This document shows, in pieces, positions 1 through 13,485 of a stretch of 64,000 bases of DNA. The stretch is from Eledone cirrhosa (lineage: Eukaryota). The notes beneath the pieces are model-generated. The model did not search any database and had not been told where the DNA came from. It was given only the letters and a program-made list of their open reading frames with translations. The stretch spans positions 11,594,001 to 11,658,000 of the forward strand of contig OZ024758.1 of assembly GCA_964016885.1 (NCBI GenBank), written 5' to 3'. The translations under genes and the position numbers were made by a program. Within the stretch, counting starts at the first letter, position 1, and the number at the start of each line of letters is the position of its first letter.

Positions 1-142
1 TTCTATAAACTAAACTGGTGCCAATTTCTCTCCAAGAAAGTCATTTCAATAATATGTAAAGTAATATTCATTGATTCGATAACTCCGATATGATCAATAC
101 ACAGAAAATAAATGTATTCGTCTTTTTCAGCATATTTAAGAG

Positions 143-224
<82 letters not shown>

Positions 225-236
225 GTATATATTATG

Positions 237-375
<139 letters not shown>

Positions 376-533
376 TTATATATATATATATATATATATA
401 ATGACTATATGTGATAAGTATCTTATCTGATAAACGAGCTGGACGTAATCTGTAATGGAATAATTATATTGTTTTGTTTATTATGTAATTAAATACTTCT
501 GTACTATACCTTTACTACAGAAATACTTATAAC

Positions 534-581
<48 letters not shown>

Positions 582-1058
582 ATGCGTGTTTTTCGTCCAT
601 TATATTAAACTAGTAATAAAAAATACACTACATTGACACGAGAATACATATATGTTCTTTTATAGTTTATATATACTTTTATACACTTTGATAATATCTG
701 TAAAATTCAACAAAGATTATTGAGCATGCGTATTGTATAAAGTTGCTCCTTGTCTATTATTACAGGATGTACATTCACGTTCTTTTGTTGCAATTATTTG
801 CTTTCTTTATGCCACTGAGAAAAAATTCACTCAAGCATGAATTATTTTTCGGTAAATGTTACGCATTGATAGCACGTTCAATTGTATTACATATATTATT
901 ATAATATATTAATATTGGTTATTGATTCGTTTTATAGGTTTATAGGAATGTTCGCAGTTCTGCAACATGACCTCTATCCCAGTTGCTGGAATATATTATG
1001 GAAACCTGATGACAAAAATATTGGGAGTGATGCTGGCTGATGTTATTATTCACAAATA

Positions 1059-1241
1059 GCGGTGAATTGGCAGTATCGGTAGAGGGTTGGACGCCATGCT
1101 TTCTAGCATAGTTACGTCCCTTTACAGTCTGAGTTCAAATCCCGCCGAGGTTAACTTTACCTTTCAACCTTACGGGGTCGATAAAATAAAGTACCAGTAA
1201 TGCACTGGGTAATTGCTGGCCTTGTGCCTAAAGCAGAAACA
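1059..1241 (+). mobile_element. tRNA-derived SINE, family S1, full length
   Basis: A-box-like TTGGCAGTATCGG and B-box GAGTTCAAATCC. Conserved core CTTTCA(A/T)CCTTACGGGGTCGATAAAATAAAGTACCAG. Flanked by an imperfect repeat GTTATT(A/T)TTCA(C/T)AAATAG. Many copies in the window. Confidence 0.9.
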
Positions 1242-2077
1242 GTTATTTTTCATAAATAGATGCGTGTGTAAATCTACCTGAACTAAAGTTGTATAAAGTT
1301 TTGATATATTCTAACAATTTTCTAGTTCATGAAGATTTTATTAAACCTCATGGAAGATAGACCAGATATAATTTGTATATTTAATGAAGGAGAAATGTTA
1401 TATATATAATACTTAAAATGAAATCTTTACTTGTGTAAATGATGTGGAATTGCTTCCATTCAATATGATAAAACTGGCATATTCTTGTCAAAGAAAGACT
1501 TTATATCTTGTTGCACGGAATTCGGTAAAATATAACTAAGTATTATTTATATGCTGTACACGTATGAATAATATATAAGAGAGTGAATACGGTGGTTATT
1601 CTGTTTAGTAGTTTCACTATACTCTATTATTATAGGTTTTTTTTTATTACTATGATACATCGGAATACATGCCAGATACAAATGTTCTGTTTTAGAATGA
1701 ATCAGCAAAATTGTTTTCAAACTTGACTAAACCGTGTTGTAGATGGATGAACAAACTGGATAAAGGAATCCTCGATTTATGTATTGAACAGTAAAAAAGA
1801 TAGGTACGGCCCACATGCCACTTGTATGATAAATTACAGCAAACCATATCAGTTGTACATGAAGAAACTCTGTGATTAGACCTGAAAGAGCAGGTTATGT
1901 ATGAACTGAAAAAAGAAATACTTTAAATGTACGAATAACCTAAGAGTATATACTGTGACAACATTAACAATTGCCACAGTATAGTAAATCAGAAGATAAG
2001 CCAGGAGATTTGTCTTATATTCTCACAACTAGCTGAAATGTCTATCGTTTGTCGCGACCTCCAAGGCTCATTAAATC

Positions 2078-2325
2078 GGTGTTTGTCACAGTTTCTGTGG
2101 TGTTATGTGACCGAAAGCACAAGAATTCCTCCCTGGAGAAGTTGCCAGCCTATTGCAGGGTTAAATCCCCAGCTGATTTAGGTTCTCATTTTCAGCTGAG
2201 TATATTGGAGCAACACGAAATATAGTGTTTTGTTAAAAAACCCAACACACAACCAGTTACAGGAATTGAACCCACCATATTATGATATCAAATCTCTACT
2301 GTAACCCAGAGCTACGCATCTTCAC
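2078..2325 (-). mobile_element. Degenerate tRNA-derived SINE, family S2 (CORE-like)
   Basis: Minus strand reads GTGAAGATGCGTAGCTCTGGGTTA...GGTTCAATTCC...AACAAAACACT...GTTGCTCC, colinear with the copy at 33977. Confidence 0.65.
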
Positions 2326-2652
2326 CTTACAGCCACACTCCGTAATAAATATCAACAAGATGGCAATGTCCTATTCATCTATAAAATACACCAAGCAGAC
2401 ACACACGATTATATATAGATATATTACGATAGTAACTGTCTACATTTCTACAGCTTTATACGTAGAAGACTTTACAGAGAACTTGTTCCAATCTCTGCTC
2501 ACACTTTATTGACACTTAGAAATCTGGCTCACAAACGATAGACTAACATTTGCCAAATCTAGTATTGTTTGTTTCTTGTAACAAGGATATACACTTGTGT
2601 TCAGACAAGACAGACAGACACGGATGGGCACACACACAGATCTCTCTCTCTC

Positions 2653-2735
<83 letters not shown>

Positions 2736-2785
2736 ATATATATATATAAATCACATGAATCAAAGTTCTGTTCAAACCATTTATT

Positions 2786-2832
2786 AGCTTACAATTGTTT
2801 CGTCCAAACCTCGGTTTGGAGTCTTAGGAGCA
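2786..2832 (-). ncRNA. Degenerate type I hammerhead ribozyme motif
   Basis: Minus strand: GCT-CCTAAGA (mutated CUGANGA)-c-TCCAAAC cgag GTTTGGA-c-GAAAC aatt GTA-AGC, followed by AATAAA. Confidence 0.5.
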
Positions 2833-2971
2833 ATTTTTCAATGATTTCAATGATTGTTTACATACATGACCTCCTTTCCAACATAAGAGACATACATAAA
2901 CATATGTATATATCGATGCACAGTGGGGTGACATCCTTTAGTATATACATAACCATAAATAGTATCCTTAA

Positions 2972-3024
<53 letters not shown>

Positions 3025-3029
<5 letters not shown>

Positions 3030-3507
3030 ATAATAATAAATTTGAAGACTAAAATCCAAAGAGGGCTCGATAAGGATAAATATATATCAAATATATAAGA
3101 ACCATAGAGCAAATATTTATTAAAATAACAGATTAAAGTTTAAGCAAAGAATCGCTGCTTTCACCCTTAACGGGATCTTCTTAAATATTTGCTCTACGGT
3201 TCTTATATATTTGATATATATTTATCCTTATCGAGCCCTCTTTGGATTTTAGTCTTCAAATTTATTATTATTACTATCATACGGAACCCGGTCATTGAAA
3301 TGATCATAGTATAATAAACCTTTCAAGGATTTACACAAATCCACCCTCCTGTCATTTCATTATAATATTTAACTCCGTAATAGCACCACCAACTAGAAAA
3401 ACAAAGACGGTTGAACTGCTTTACGTTGAGTACTCTCTATCATATTACATTACGATTGACCATACGAAATAGACCAGCTCTATCAAGTGGTGAACCTCAA
3501 ACCTGAA
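3025..3507. mobile_element. Fold-back element family B (putative PLE pLTR remnant) in (TA)n
   Basis: About 95-bp inverted arms (3025-3120 / 3182-3276). The spacer holds a truncated hammerhead-like AAGA-t-CCC gttaa GGG-t-GAAA-GCAG..TTGC-TT on the minus strand. A unique tail runs to 3507. Related fragments lie near 35640, 44725, 48340, 55640 and 57811. Confidence 0.65.
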
Positions 3508-3583
3508 TATATATATATATATATATATATTCTCTTTTACCTGTTTCAGCCATCCGGCTGAGGCCATGCTGGGGCACCGCATG

Positions 3584-3680
3584 AAAAAAGTTTGTCCTTC
3601 ATCAGTGATCTTCCAACCATCATAGGCATTTCATCGCTTTATGATGGTTGGAAGATCACTGATGAAGGACAAACTTTTTT
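3584..3680. repeat. Inverted repeat with about 41-bp arms containing CTGATGA
   Basis: AAAAAAGTTTGTCCTTCATCAGTGATCTTCCAACCATCATA / TATGATGGTTGGAAGATCACTGATGAAGGACAAACTTTTTT. Related sequence occurs at about 32450-32540 and 49880-49933. Confidence 0.8.
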
Positions 3681-4038
3681 CATATGTAACCCATTTGCAA
3701 CGCCGCAGCTCCATTATTTTCATATATATATAAACATGCACTGGATGTTTTCTTTTTTTCTTAGTACCCTGTACTCGTTCATTATTCATTTTATTATTGT
3801 TTATTATTTATTCTAGTTTATTTTTGTAATGTGTTTAGCTGTAAATATCTTATTTCTGGGGTTATCGTTAGCTTTTCTCTACTTTTCACCACTAAATTGA
3901 CAACTGAGGAATTCTAGTTCAGTTAATTTCACATGTTTGCCACCCCACGCACCAAACTTATAACAATAATCCCTTTCTTTATTCATATCTTGCATCATCA
4001 CACGTATCCTCTTTTACATACTGTTCTTATTACTCCAT

Positions 4039-4108
<70 letters not shown>

Positions 4109-4298
4109 CCAAAGGAATTGTGGTAAGGAACCAGCTGGACCATAACGCACCAGAGTACTCAATACTTAGGGTAGTAGAGTGGGAAATAGGAAAAAGTATG
4201 ACCCCGACGGCAGAGCTCAAGCCGTTTCGACGGCTATTTCTGAGTTCAGAAATAGCCGTTGAAACGGCTTGAGCTCTGCCGTCGGGATCGTACTTTTT

Positions 4299-4301
<3 letters not shown>
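4109..4301. mobile_element. Fold-back element family A in (TA)n
   Basis: Head-to-head copies of GAAACGGCTTGAGCTC(A/T)GCCGTCGGG, with one long and one short arm, flanked by (TA)n. About 11 copies in the window. Confidence 0.85.
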
Positions 4302-4347
<46 letters not shown>

Positions 4348-4560
4348 TTCTCTCGCTAACTATCTCTCCATCTATCTACATCTCTCTCTCTTCTGTCTAT
4401 CTCTCTCTCTCTTTGTCTCACTATCTCTCTCTCTCTATCTCTATCTCTCTCTCTTCTCTCTCTGTCTCTATCTCTCGCTTTCTTTCTCTCGCTATCACTC
4501 TCTATCTCTCACCTCTCTCTCTCTGGCTCTATTTCTCTCTATCCTTCTCTCTCTATCTCT

Positions 4561-4599
<39 letters not shown>

Positions 4600-4868
4600 A
4601 CTTTCTCTTCTTTTATCGAAATCTAATCATCTCATTCCCGGCTTATGTTTATCCCCCCCCCCTCTCTCTCACAATTTCTGTATTTTTCTGTTTGTCTCCC
4701 TCCTCTTTTTTCTCCCTCTTTCTGATGAACATACACCACAAGAAAAAGAAGAAGAAAATAATAAGAAGAAGGAAAAGAAAGAGAGGAAGAAGATATAGTA
4801 AGAGGAGAAAGGAGATGAAGAGTTTATGTATATATATATATATAAATAGATATAGATATATATGTATA

Positions 4869-4967
<99 letters not shown>

Positions 4968-5021
4968 TATATATATATAAAAATGAAAATCCGAAGGCAA
5001 GATAAAATTCCAATCATTTAA

Positions 5022-5095
5022 TCACGACACATGTTTCAATAAGAGATAGATCGATTGTGAAGCCATGATCGATTATCACTGAACTCATCAGGTGA
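5022..5095 (-). ncRNA. Type I hammerhead ribozyme motif (minimal stem III)
   Basis: Minus strand: TCAC-CTGATGA-long imperfect stem II-GAAAC atgt GTC-GTGA. Stem I is TCAC/GTGA and the cleavage triplet is GUC. Confidence 0.75.
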
Positions 5096-5457
5096 AAATG
5101 AATTGTCTTCAAATTCTTGATATGAGGGAGAAAAAATAACGATGTTCTCTCACATAATTCATTCCCTCATATGGAGACACACCAGTCAGTCAGAGACAAG
5201 GCGACTGCTATTAGCTTTAGTTGAGGTCATAAAAGTTTTCAGACTTCTATCGCTGCAAAAGACGCTGGACATCAATCAAATCCGTAGGGATACAGTCAGT
5301 CACAGTTAGAAGTGAGTGGGTACACACACACTCCACATCCGCATACATAGGCTCGAGGTCAAATAAAAATAAAAATAAAAATAAATACATATATATACAC
5401 ATATCAACACACACCGATACGATATCCGATGATTCTATGGACATACTTTATAGTGTA

Positions 5458-5511
<54 letters not shown>

Positions 5512-5531
5512 ACTATCTATCTATCTATCTA

Positions 5532-5704
<173 letters not shown>

Positions 5705-6474
5705 TTCGTTTCTGAATTTGGCAACATGACCCTCCCAAAGTATAACAATATATATATATATATATACTATAAAGTATGTCCATAGAATCATTTGATAATA
5801 TATATACACCATTTCCTCTCCCAATTACCATAATCAACCACACAACAAACTAATTAAACCAGGCTATAAGATTAAAAGGCACCTATGAAGAAATAGTGGA
5901 TAAATAAACGACAGCCATCTATTCGCGGTCAACTGCTATATAATATTTACCCAATATTTCAATAGAACGTGGAAATCGATTAAATATACCGTCAACCATA
6001 CACAATTAGGTATAAAATTAAAGTTAGAAGAAAAAATGCATATACACATACCAGGATTACGTTTCTACCCTTAGGGTTACGATCGCTTTCGGAAATATCC
6101 TATCAAGGATAAATTCTCGAGCTTCGAACTGGTCAGGAAACAAACTCACTTGGACAAAGAATTTTCCTAAATGATCCCCGCCACAAACGAACTCAAAATG
6201 GCTAAGAACTGTGACGTGGCAGTGGTCAAGTCAGAAAGAATGTGATTGGTGCCTACGGCGAGTAGGCTGGTTGCTAGGGAGCGCAGCCGAATCTTGCCCA
6301 AATTGCATCTCAACCTTATGGGAGATTATCAAATATAAAGATTTACATATACACAAACTAGACAAAGTCACAGATATATATGTTTTCGCACCATTCACGA
6401 TGTGGCTCAATGATGAATTAATGAATTAAATAATCAGAGCAATATACTATAAAGTATGTCCATAGAATCATTTG

Positions 6475-6523
<49 letters not shown>

Positions 6524-6531
<8 letters not shown>

Positions 6532-6869
6532 AGATCAAAAGATGGTTAAAGGAGTTCAATATATTTTATTATGCGCATTTCAAAAACAAACATCATCAAA
6601 CAATAATATTTGTGTTTTCATCAGATAAAACAGGAGAACATGATATGAAGGCTAAAAAAACACTTGTTGATAGTGCAGTTTTAAATCAACATATCAAGAT
6701 ATGTTGATTTAAAACTGCACTATCAACAAGTGTTTTTTTAGCCTTCATATCATGTTCTCCTGTTTTATCTGATGAAAACACAAATATTATTGTTTGATGA
6801 TGTTTGTTTTTGAAATGCGCATAATAAAATATATTGAACTCCTTTAACCATCTTTTGATCTTATATTAT
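6524..6869. mobile_element. Perfect palindrome (about 172-bp arms, 2-nt loop) carrying a hammerhead motif in each arm
   Basis: Arms are exact reverse complements around ATC-AA-GAT (centre 6696-6697). (TA)n lies to the left, and a unique tail runs to about 6955 followed by (TA)n. Confidence 0.9.
6763..6829 (+). ncRNA. Type I hammerhead ribozyme motif (mirror copy 6564-6630, minus)
   Basis: TTTTAT-CTGATGA-AAACACAAATATTATT gttt GATGATGTTTGTTTTT-GAAAT gcgc ATA-ATAAAA. Stem I is 6 bp, loop III is palindromic and the triplet is AUA. Confidence 0.8.
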
Positions 6870-6952
6870 GCATACTCCAGTCCCACAAACTGTAGAGTGC
6901 TTCTTATCCGATATCTGCATTGCTTTATTGTACTACAATAAAACTCACCTCC

Positions 6953-7002
<50 letters not shown>

Positions 7003-7109
7003 TATGTATGTATGTATACGTACATACATATATGTATACAGACGTACAGTAGTATGTATATATATACATACATGCACACATATATATATGCACGTATCGG
7101 TTTACGTAT

Positions 7110-7600
7110 ACATACTACTGTACGTCTATATACATATATGTATGTACGTATACATACATACTTACATTTAAGTAAGTGCCGCACTAAGAGTGAGAAATGA
7201 AATTTCGTTTCATTCTATTCCATTTATCGTTTTCTGTGTGACCGGCCGACTGAACTCACTCGCTATGCAAATTAGGCTGCTCAGCCGTTAATATGCACAA
7301 GGAAAGTATATACTTTCAGACGTTCAACTATCTGGCAGGAAGGTATACGATGCTGACGATAGCTAATAAGCTTGAAACTAGTACATCGTTCCTGTGTCAG
7401 TGTTGAACAATAAGGTGACGTGGTTGCCTAAACACTGTACGGCGTAATTCGGGCTGTTTGTTTGTTTACAAACGATGTGTGCATGTATGTATATATATAC
7501 ATACTACTGTATGTATGTACGCATACATACATACATACATACTTACATTTAAGTAAGTGCTGTACTAAGAGTGAGAAATGATATTTCGTTTCATTCTATT

Positions 7601-7603
<3 letters not shown>
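7110..7603 (+). mobile_element. Non-coding direct-repeat-bounded unit (381-bp period) with central hammerhead; retrozyme- or pLTR-like
   Basis: CTTACATTTAAGTAAGTGC..ACTAAGAGTGAGAAATGA.ATTTCGTTTCATTCTATTCCA occurs at 7161 and 7542. Hammerhead motif at 7347-7389. Confidence 0.7.
7347..7389 (+). ncRNA. Type I hammerhead ribozyme motif
   Basis: ACGATG-CTGACGA-t-AGCT aata AGCT-t-GAAAC ta GTA-CATCGT. Stem I is a perfect 6 bp and can be extended by AGGAA/TTCCT. Confidence 0.85.
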
Positions 7604-7683
<80 letters not shown>

Positions 7684-7804
7684 TATATATAAATATATAT
7701 AAATATATTACTGACGTTATAACAATAGCAAAATGAATAAAGTATCTCCCTTCTTACATCGCAATACTTTGTGATAATAAAACTACTGTCATATTTGAAT
7801 CTTA

Positions 7805-7864
7805 TTCTTTCTCTTTCATTCTCTTTCATTCTCTTTCATTCTCTTTCATTCTCTTTCATTCTCT
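7805..7864. repeat. 10-bp minisatellite (TCTCTTTCAT)n
   Basis: About 5-6 tandem units are visible. Confidence 0.85.
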
Positions 7865-8364
7865 ATGTCCAACTACGAGTAACTAGCTTTCTCTTCACTT
7901 AAGTAGTAATTCATAGATCGATAGTTCCCAATTAATCAATCGTAGTCGATTGTATTATCCTCCTTTCTCTCTACAACATCGTAAATACGTTGACTTATTC
8001 GATACTGAAACTCCCTCAAGATTTGACTCATCCTTTGAAACAAGTAATAACTGTATGAAATATATTATTAAACTAATATAGCTGACATTGATTTCATTAT
8101 ACAACGACAAATAGATACGTTGGAATATATGAAAGGTCTATAATTTCTATAGTACTGTATTTTAATATTGAAACTTGAATGATAATTACAGTGTTATATT
8201 TAGTATTCATAATGAAGGAAAAGTAACGGTGAACGTTATATAGGGAGAAGTAACCTCTTAAAAAAATCAGGTCTATAATGCAGTCACATGTCTCCAATAA
8301 AGTTATTTCAAATACACTTGCCAATGTTCCTGGAGAAAGACATGGAATAAAAATCATATTAAAA

Positions 8365-8435
8365 TTGGTACTTTATTTTATTGACCGCGTAAGGATAAAA
8401 GGCAAAGTTAACCTCGGCGGGATTTGAACTCATAT
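8365..8435 (-). mobile_element. SINE S1 internal fragment
   Basis: TGGTACTTTATTTTATTGACC..AAGGATAAAAGGCAAAGTTAACCTCGGCGGGATTTGAACTCA is the reverse complement of the S1 core. Confidence 0.85.
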
Positions 8436-9930
8436 CATAAAGCACAAATGCAATATTTTCATAATCGTCAATTATACGAACGAAGATCGTTTTAAATAAA
8501 TCCCTTAGTAGACAATTTTTCCTTTTTGATTTGCTCTATATTTACTTTGCCATACTCAGACCAATCATATCTATTTATATGCTAACATACTAATAAAAAT
8601 ACTTATCATGATCGTGCATCAATTTTATCATACAGAAAACAGCAATAAACTTATCTACTTCTATAAGATAGCAAAATAATTCTTTTAAAATATATAATTT
8701 GCTATAAGTAGCCAATGTAGACAGGGTTGAACTATTTATTCAAAAATATAAGCAAATCCCAGAGCAGACCTCCTACATGAGAATTTCACCTAAAGTGCTA
8801 TTAAACGAATAGATAAATGCATGCTTAATATATATATATATGGGAATTTTCCATATATAATCAGTTGGAGATGGTAATTTCCATTCATTTTATTTTTTAT
8901 AGACTCACTTTCGATTCATAATTAGATAGAAATAGAAGAGAGGCTAAAATAATGTTTTACGTTCATAACGGAATCCGTTGTGAAATTTTAAGGAAATTAT
9001 GTTTTGAAACGGAATAAATTTCAAGAAAATGTATATGTATGTTCAATTAAATAGTTTACTTAATTGAATAAACAGAGGGACATTTTTAAAGTAGGCTTTC
9101 TTAATATTCATATTAAAGGTTTTCTTTAAGCGTGAATGTATAACAGTGAAAGGACTTTTCGTATATAATTTACTTAACGTTACTTACTAGCATCACTCTA
9201 TAATACATATATTTTCAGTTTTATGAATCGGTTTAGCGTATATTCTTGATAAAAACTGGCTTGAGTGCTACTGCATTAAATCGTTTTCTTAGATTGAGAA
9301 TAGGTGCATAAATCTCACTCTCCAGGTAGAATCTTTAATATTTGAATACTGAAAGATATTTAAAACTCTATGATATTTTCCTACCGATGGACAAATATGA
9401 TTTATTAGTACAAATCTTTTTATCAGGTATAGTTTAACAATGTCACGTACTTCGTTGAGATAGATCGAAGGTAATCGATTAACAACAGGGTTAGTTATAT
9501 TAAGATACATTAAGGACAGAGCTGATGTAAATTGAATAATAGGTTATGCATTAAAAACATCAGCTAAAGTGTGTAAAGTTAACACGTGTCCATTCATTGG
9601 AACGTAAAGCTTTTTTGTGGTGAATGCTAGTTAGGTTCTCCAAATAGATAGAAGTACTGAAAGGTGCAGAAGAAAAAGACATAGAGAAATTAGGGGACTT
9701 TAGATCTCGAACAGCTGGATATTAAAACATAAATGGAACAAACAAAAGTGAGACGATTGGCGATATACATTTTGGCAGAATAGTTTCAAACATGTCTACA
9801 TGGAAGGTGAATAGTGATGATGATGATGATGATATACACACATATATACATTTGTAGATATACATACAAGAGCGTGAACCTAATAAACCTTTATTTGTCT
9901 GCCTCTCTGTTTTGTTCCCGTCTAAATTTG

Positions 9931-9999
<69 letters not shown>

Positions 10000-10030
10000 A
10001 TATATATTATATATATATATATACACAATA

Positions 10031-10437
10031 TCTATCTATCTAAGGCGGGTAAAATTCCCGAGATCCATGGACGAGTTCTCTCCAGCGGTCTCTGTCCCTC
10101 ATTATCGCTGCCATATCCTGCATCTCCAACAGACCAGTGTCTGTCCTTAGGGCATCAACATATGTTAACCTTGGTCTTCCTCTTCTAGTGTGTCCATGTA
10201 GGGGCTCCCAAAGGAGCACTGAGTGCAATGTCAACTCTGGATGTCGGTGAGCATGTCCAGCCAACCTCAGTCTCCTCTGTGTCACTTTTGAGCTGACTTT
10301 TGGGATGCTCCCATACAGCTCTGAGTTTTTCATCCTCAGTGTATACTGATTAATGTTCAGAGCCATCCTCAGCATTCTCGTGTAGCACCCATCCACCATC
10401 TGAGTGAGTCTCTTGGTCAGTGTCCAAGTCTCAGACT
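10031..10437 (-). mobile_element. 5'-truncated RTE-clade LINE (C-terminus of the RT ORF, stop, (TAGA)n tail)
   Basis: Translation SETWTLTK..DGCYTRMLRMALNI..RRLRLAGH..LLWEP.HG..RRGRP..TYVD.L..D..DR.RWR matches the typical post-RT C-terminus of RTE-like non-LTR elements. Confidence 0.85.
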
Positions 10438-10455
10438 TATATATATATATCTATA

Positions 10456-10489
<34 letters not shown>

Positions 10490-10581
10490 TATAAATATAT
10501 AAATATATAAATATATAGTGGTAGAACACTGGAAGGTAATATCCGTAGTGGTAGAGCACTCAGTCCATGGGACGAGTTAGG

Positions 10582-10737
10582 TAGAAGTGGTTACACAACA
10601 GTTAGTTCACCATACCGAGAACAATTGTTTCATCTTAGCGGTTCCTCAGCTCGTAATCACGTAATTACGACGGGCTGAGGAACCGCTAAGGTGAAAGAAT
10701 TGTTCTCGGTATGGTGAACTAACTGTTGTGTAACCAC

Positions 10738-10743
<6 letters not shown>
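10582..10743. mobile_element. Fold-back element with a hammerhead motif in both arms
   Basis: About 75-bp arms. Minus 10616-10653: CGAG-CTGAGGA-ACC gctaa GAT-GAAAC aatt GTT-CTCG. Plus 10671-10708: CGGG-CTGAGGA-ACC gctaa GGT-GAAAG aatt GTT-CTCG. Confidence 0.8.
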
Positions 10744-10781
<38 letters not shown>

Positions 10782-10817
10782 ATGATTATATATATATATA
10801 CAATATATATATATATC

Positions 10818-11165
<348 letters not shown>

Positions 11166-11754
11166 GTGTAGATGTTCGCAAGATATAATACTATTCATGG
11201 GAATTCTTAAGAAATATTCATTCGTTGAAGTAGTAATAAGTAAATATAATCATAGAGATGTGACACTTGTCAGTATCATTTGAAGACACAGGTTCTAAGT
11301 CTTCGAAATTTATTTACAAAAATGTCACTGCATCTGGTGATAAACGGCAGGAGAAAACTGATTACAACGAAGCTTTTCATACAGATTTTCGATATAGGTC
11401 AAGGTTTTAAAGGTTGCTCGGGACAAACACGTTTGTATGTGTGTGTTATTAGTGTATATTTTTGTATATGTGCATATCTGTACGTGTGTTTCTGCACCCA
11501 TTTTTATTTCCGCTTTCTATTTTTTAAGTTTTATTTTCAAATTTGCATTTGTCAGTGGCTTAGTGATATTAGTATCTTTATATTAGATATCTCGTTCGAA
11601 TCATGACCGAACGTGTGTATAACCAGAGATACAAGACAATGAATAAGGGCCGTAAATATAAAGATATATAGAGGGAGTGATAGTAAGTAAGTGAGAGAGA
11701 GAGAGAGAGAAAGAAAGAGAGCGGAGAGATAGATAGCTGGTTAGATTCCTGTAA

Positions 11755-12010
11755 CGATGAAAAGCAAAGGTAAACTAGGTGGGATTTGAATTCAGAACGT
11801 AAAGGGCCGTAACTGTATGCTGCAAAACATTCTGTCCAACGCTCCACCGATCCTTCTGTCAATCTACCGTACTAATAAATAAATGCTAATAATTGTTTCT
11901 ACTCTTGGCACAAAGCCACCAATTATCTCAATGTATTACTGGTACTTTATTTTATCGACCCCGCAAGAATGAAAGGCAAAGTTAACCTCAGCGGGTTTTG
12001 AACTCAGACC
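11755..12010 (-). mobile_element. Two partial SINE S1 copies (head half 11755-11870; tail half 11894-12010)
   Basis: Both segments match the reverse complement of S1. Confidence 0.8.
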
Positions 12011-13443
12011 ATGGTAATAATGAAACTACAATTAATGTTAAGAATTGGTAAACTGTTTGTTAAGAAAGGAAAACGATTTAATGTAGGAAAATTAATTGAT
12101 TACTGTATGATACAGAAGAAATATTTCTAGAAATATTTCAGGAAATATTTAGATTTATTCAAACATATTCGTCTGGAATAATAACCAGAGAGTTTAAAGA
12201 CACAGGAGACAAAATATTCTGTAAACTAAACAATAAAGTAGAGGATTTCCAGTGTTTTTTTTTTAAATACTGATTAGATAAGTGATGTACCTGACAGTCA
12301 GGTGTTTATTCAAGGAATTGATTCTAAGTGACAGGGACATTAGTTTTAATGACAGGCATGTAAGAGACATGAAGACATTAAAAAAAGGGGAATGGCTATG
12401 GCTAAGTACTGCCCAGTTTGGAAATATCTAATGCAGGGGGGGGGGGCATTTCTGAATTGGTGGGGGTGGTCCAAGTTTGGATAATTTACTTGTAGATAAA
12501 TTGTACGTTGTGTTAAGTGTACAAATCTTGTTACAGTATTGGCGGTACAAACCCTACAATAGCTCAGGTTATTATTCATTAGCAATCACTTTGCAGACAA
12601 TTTAGATGCTTAATATGTAATACAACCAGTCGCATGACCAGTGAACTTTATATCACTTCATACATTCAATCATTGCCAACATTTGTCTTACAGACAGAAC
12701 CTGGATATAATGGTTTTTCCGAAGTACGTTCTGATAAGATTGGTTAGCAGTAAAACTATCTTACGAATTTTTAAAACATCGGATATAGCTTGACGTTGAT
12801 TTAATGATACATATCGTGCCCTAACGTTACTTGTAAATGGTTAAGGGTTATTATAGACTGACTTAATGATACATCTTAACGACACCAGTCTTATATTACA
12901 AAGAAATTCTAAGCTTATATGCAAGATATACTCTGCAGTGTAAGATTTGTACTGTAAATTAAACTTATTTTTTTACTCCTGGGAAATGATAAATAACTTC
13001 AAATACGTTCCATGCTGTGAAAAATACTAGGAAAAGGCAAATTCTCTTTTAAATTCATAGAAATACATGCTAAAGGGTTAAATATATAGTTTCAACAGCA
13101 TTTTCTAGATGTTTCTGAAAATGCGAAAGCACAACATATCATTCAAAATTTCATTGTATTATCGAGTAAGTTCTATGAACACTTCAAATGACATGTGGAA
13201 CGTCAAGTGAAGTGATCTGTTAGCACTGAACAAGAAATTAATTAAATATACTTTACATTGAAACGTTTATGTTGTTATTTTGTATATATTGCTTCTTATA
13301 AGCAGGAGACTCGTCCCTGATTTAGAGAATACGAAGAATTGTATCCATTGGGTAATAGGCATTTATAAAATATATACACATTCATAACCATACACATACA
13401 CACACAGACACACACACACACACAGACACATACACACACACAT

Positions 13444-13485
<42 letters not shown>

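Noticed and set aside
1059-1145. tRNA gene calls for SINE heads
   Set aside because: A and B boxes are present but there is no intact cloverleaf, and each head continues into the repeated SINE body.
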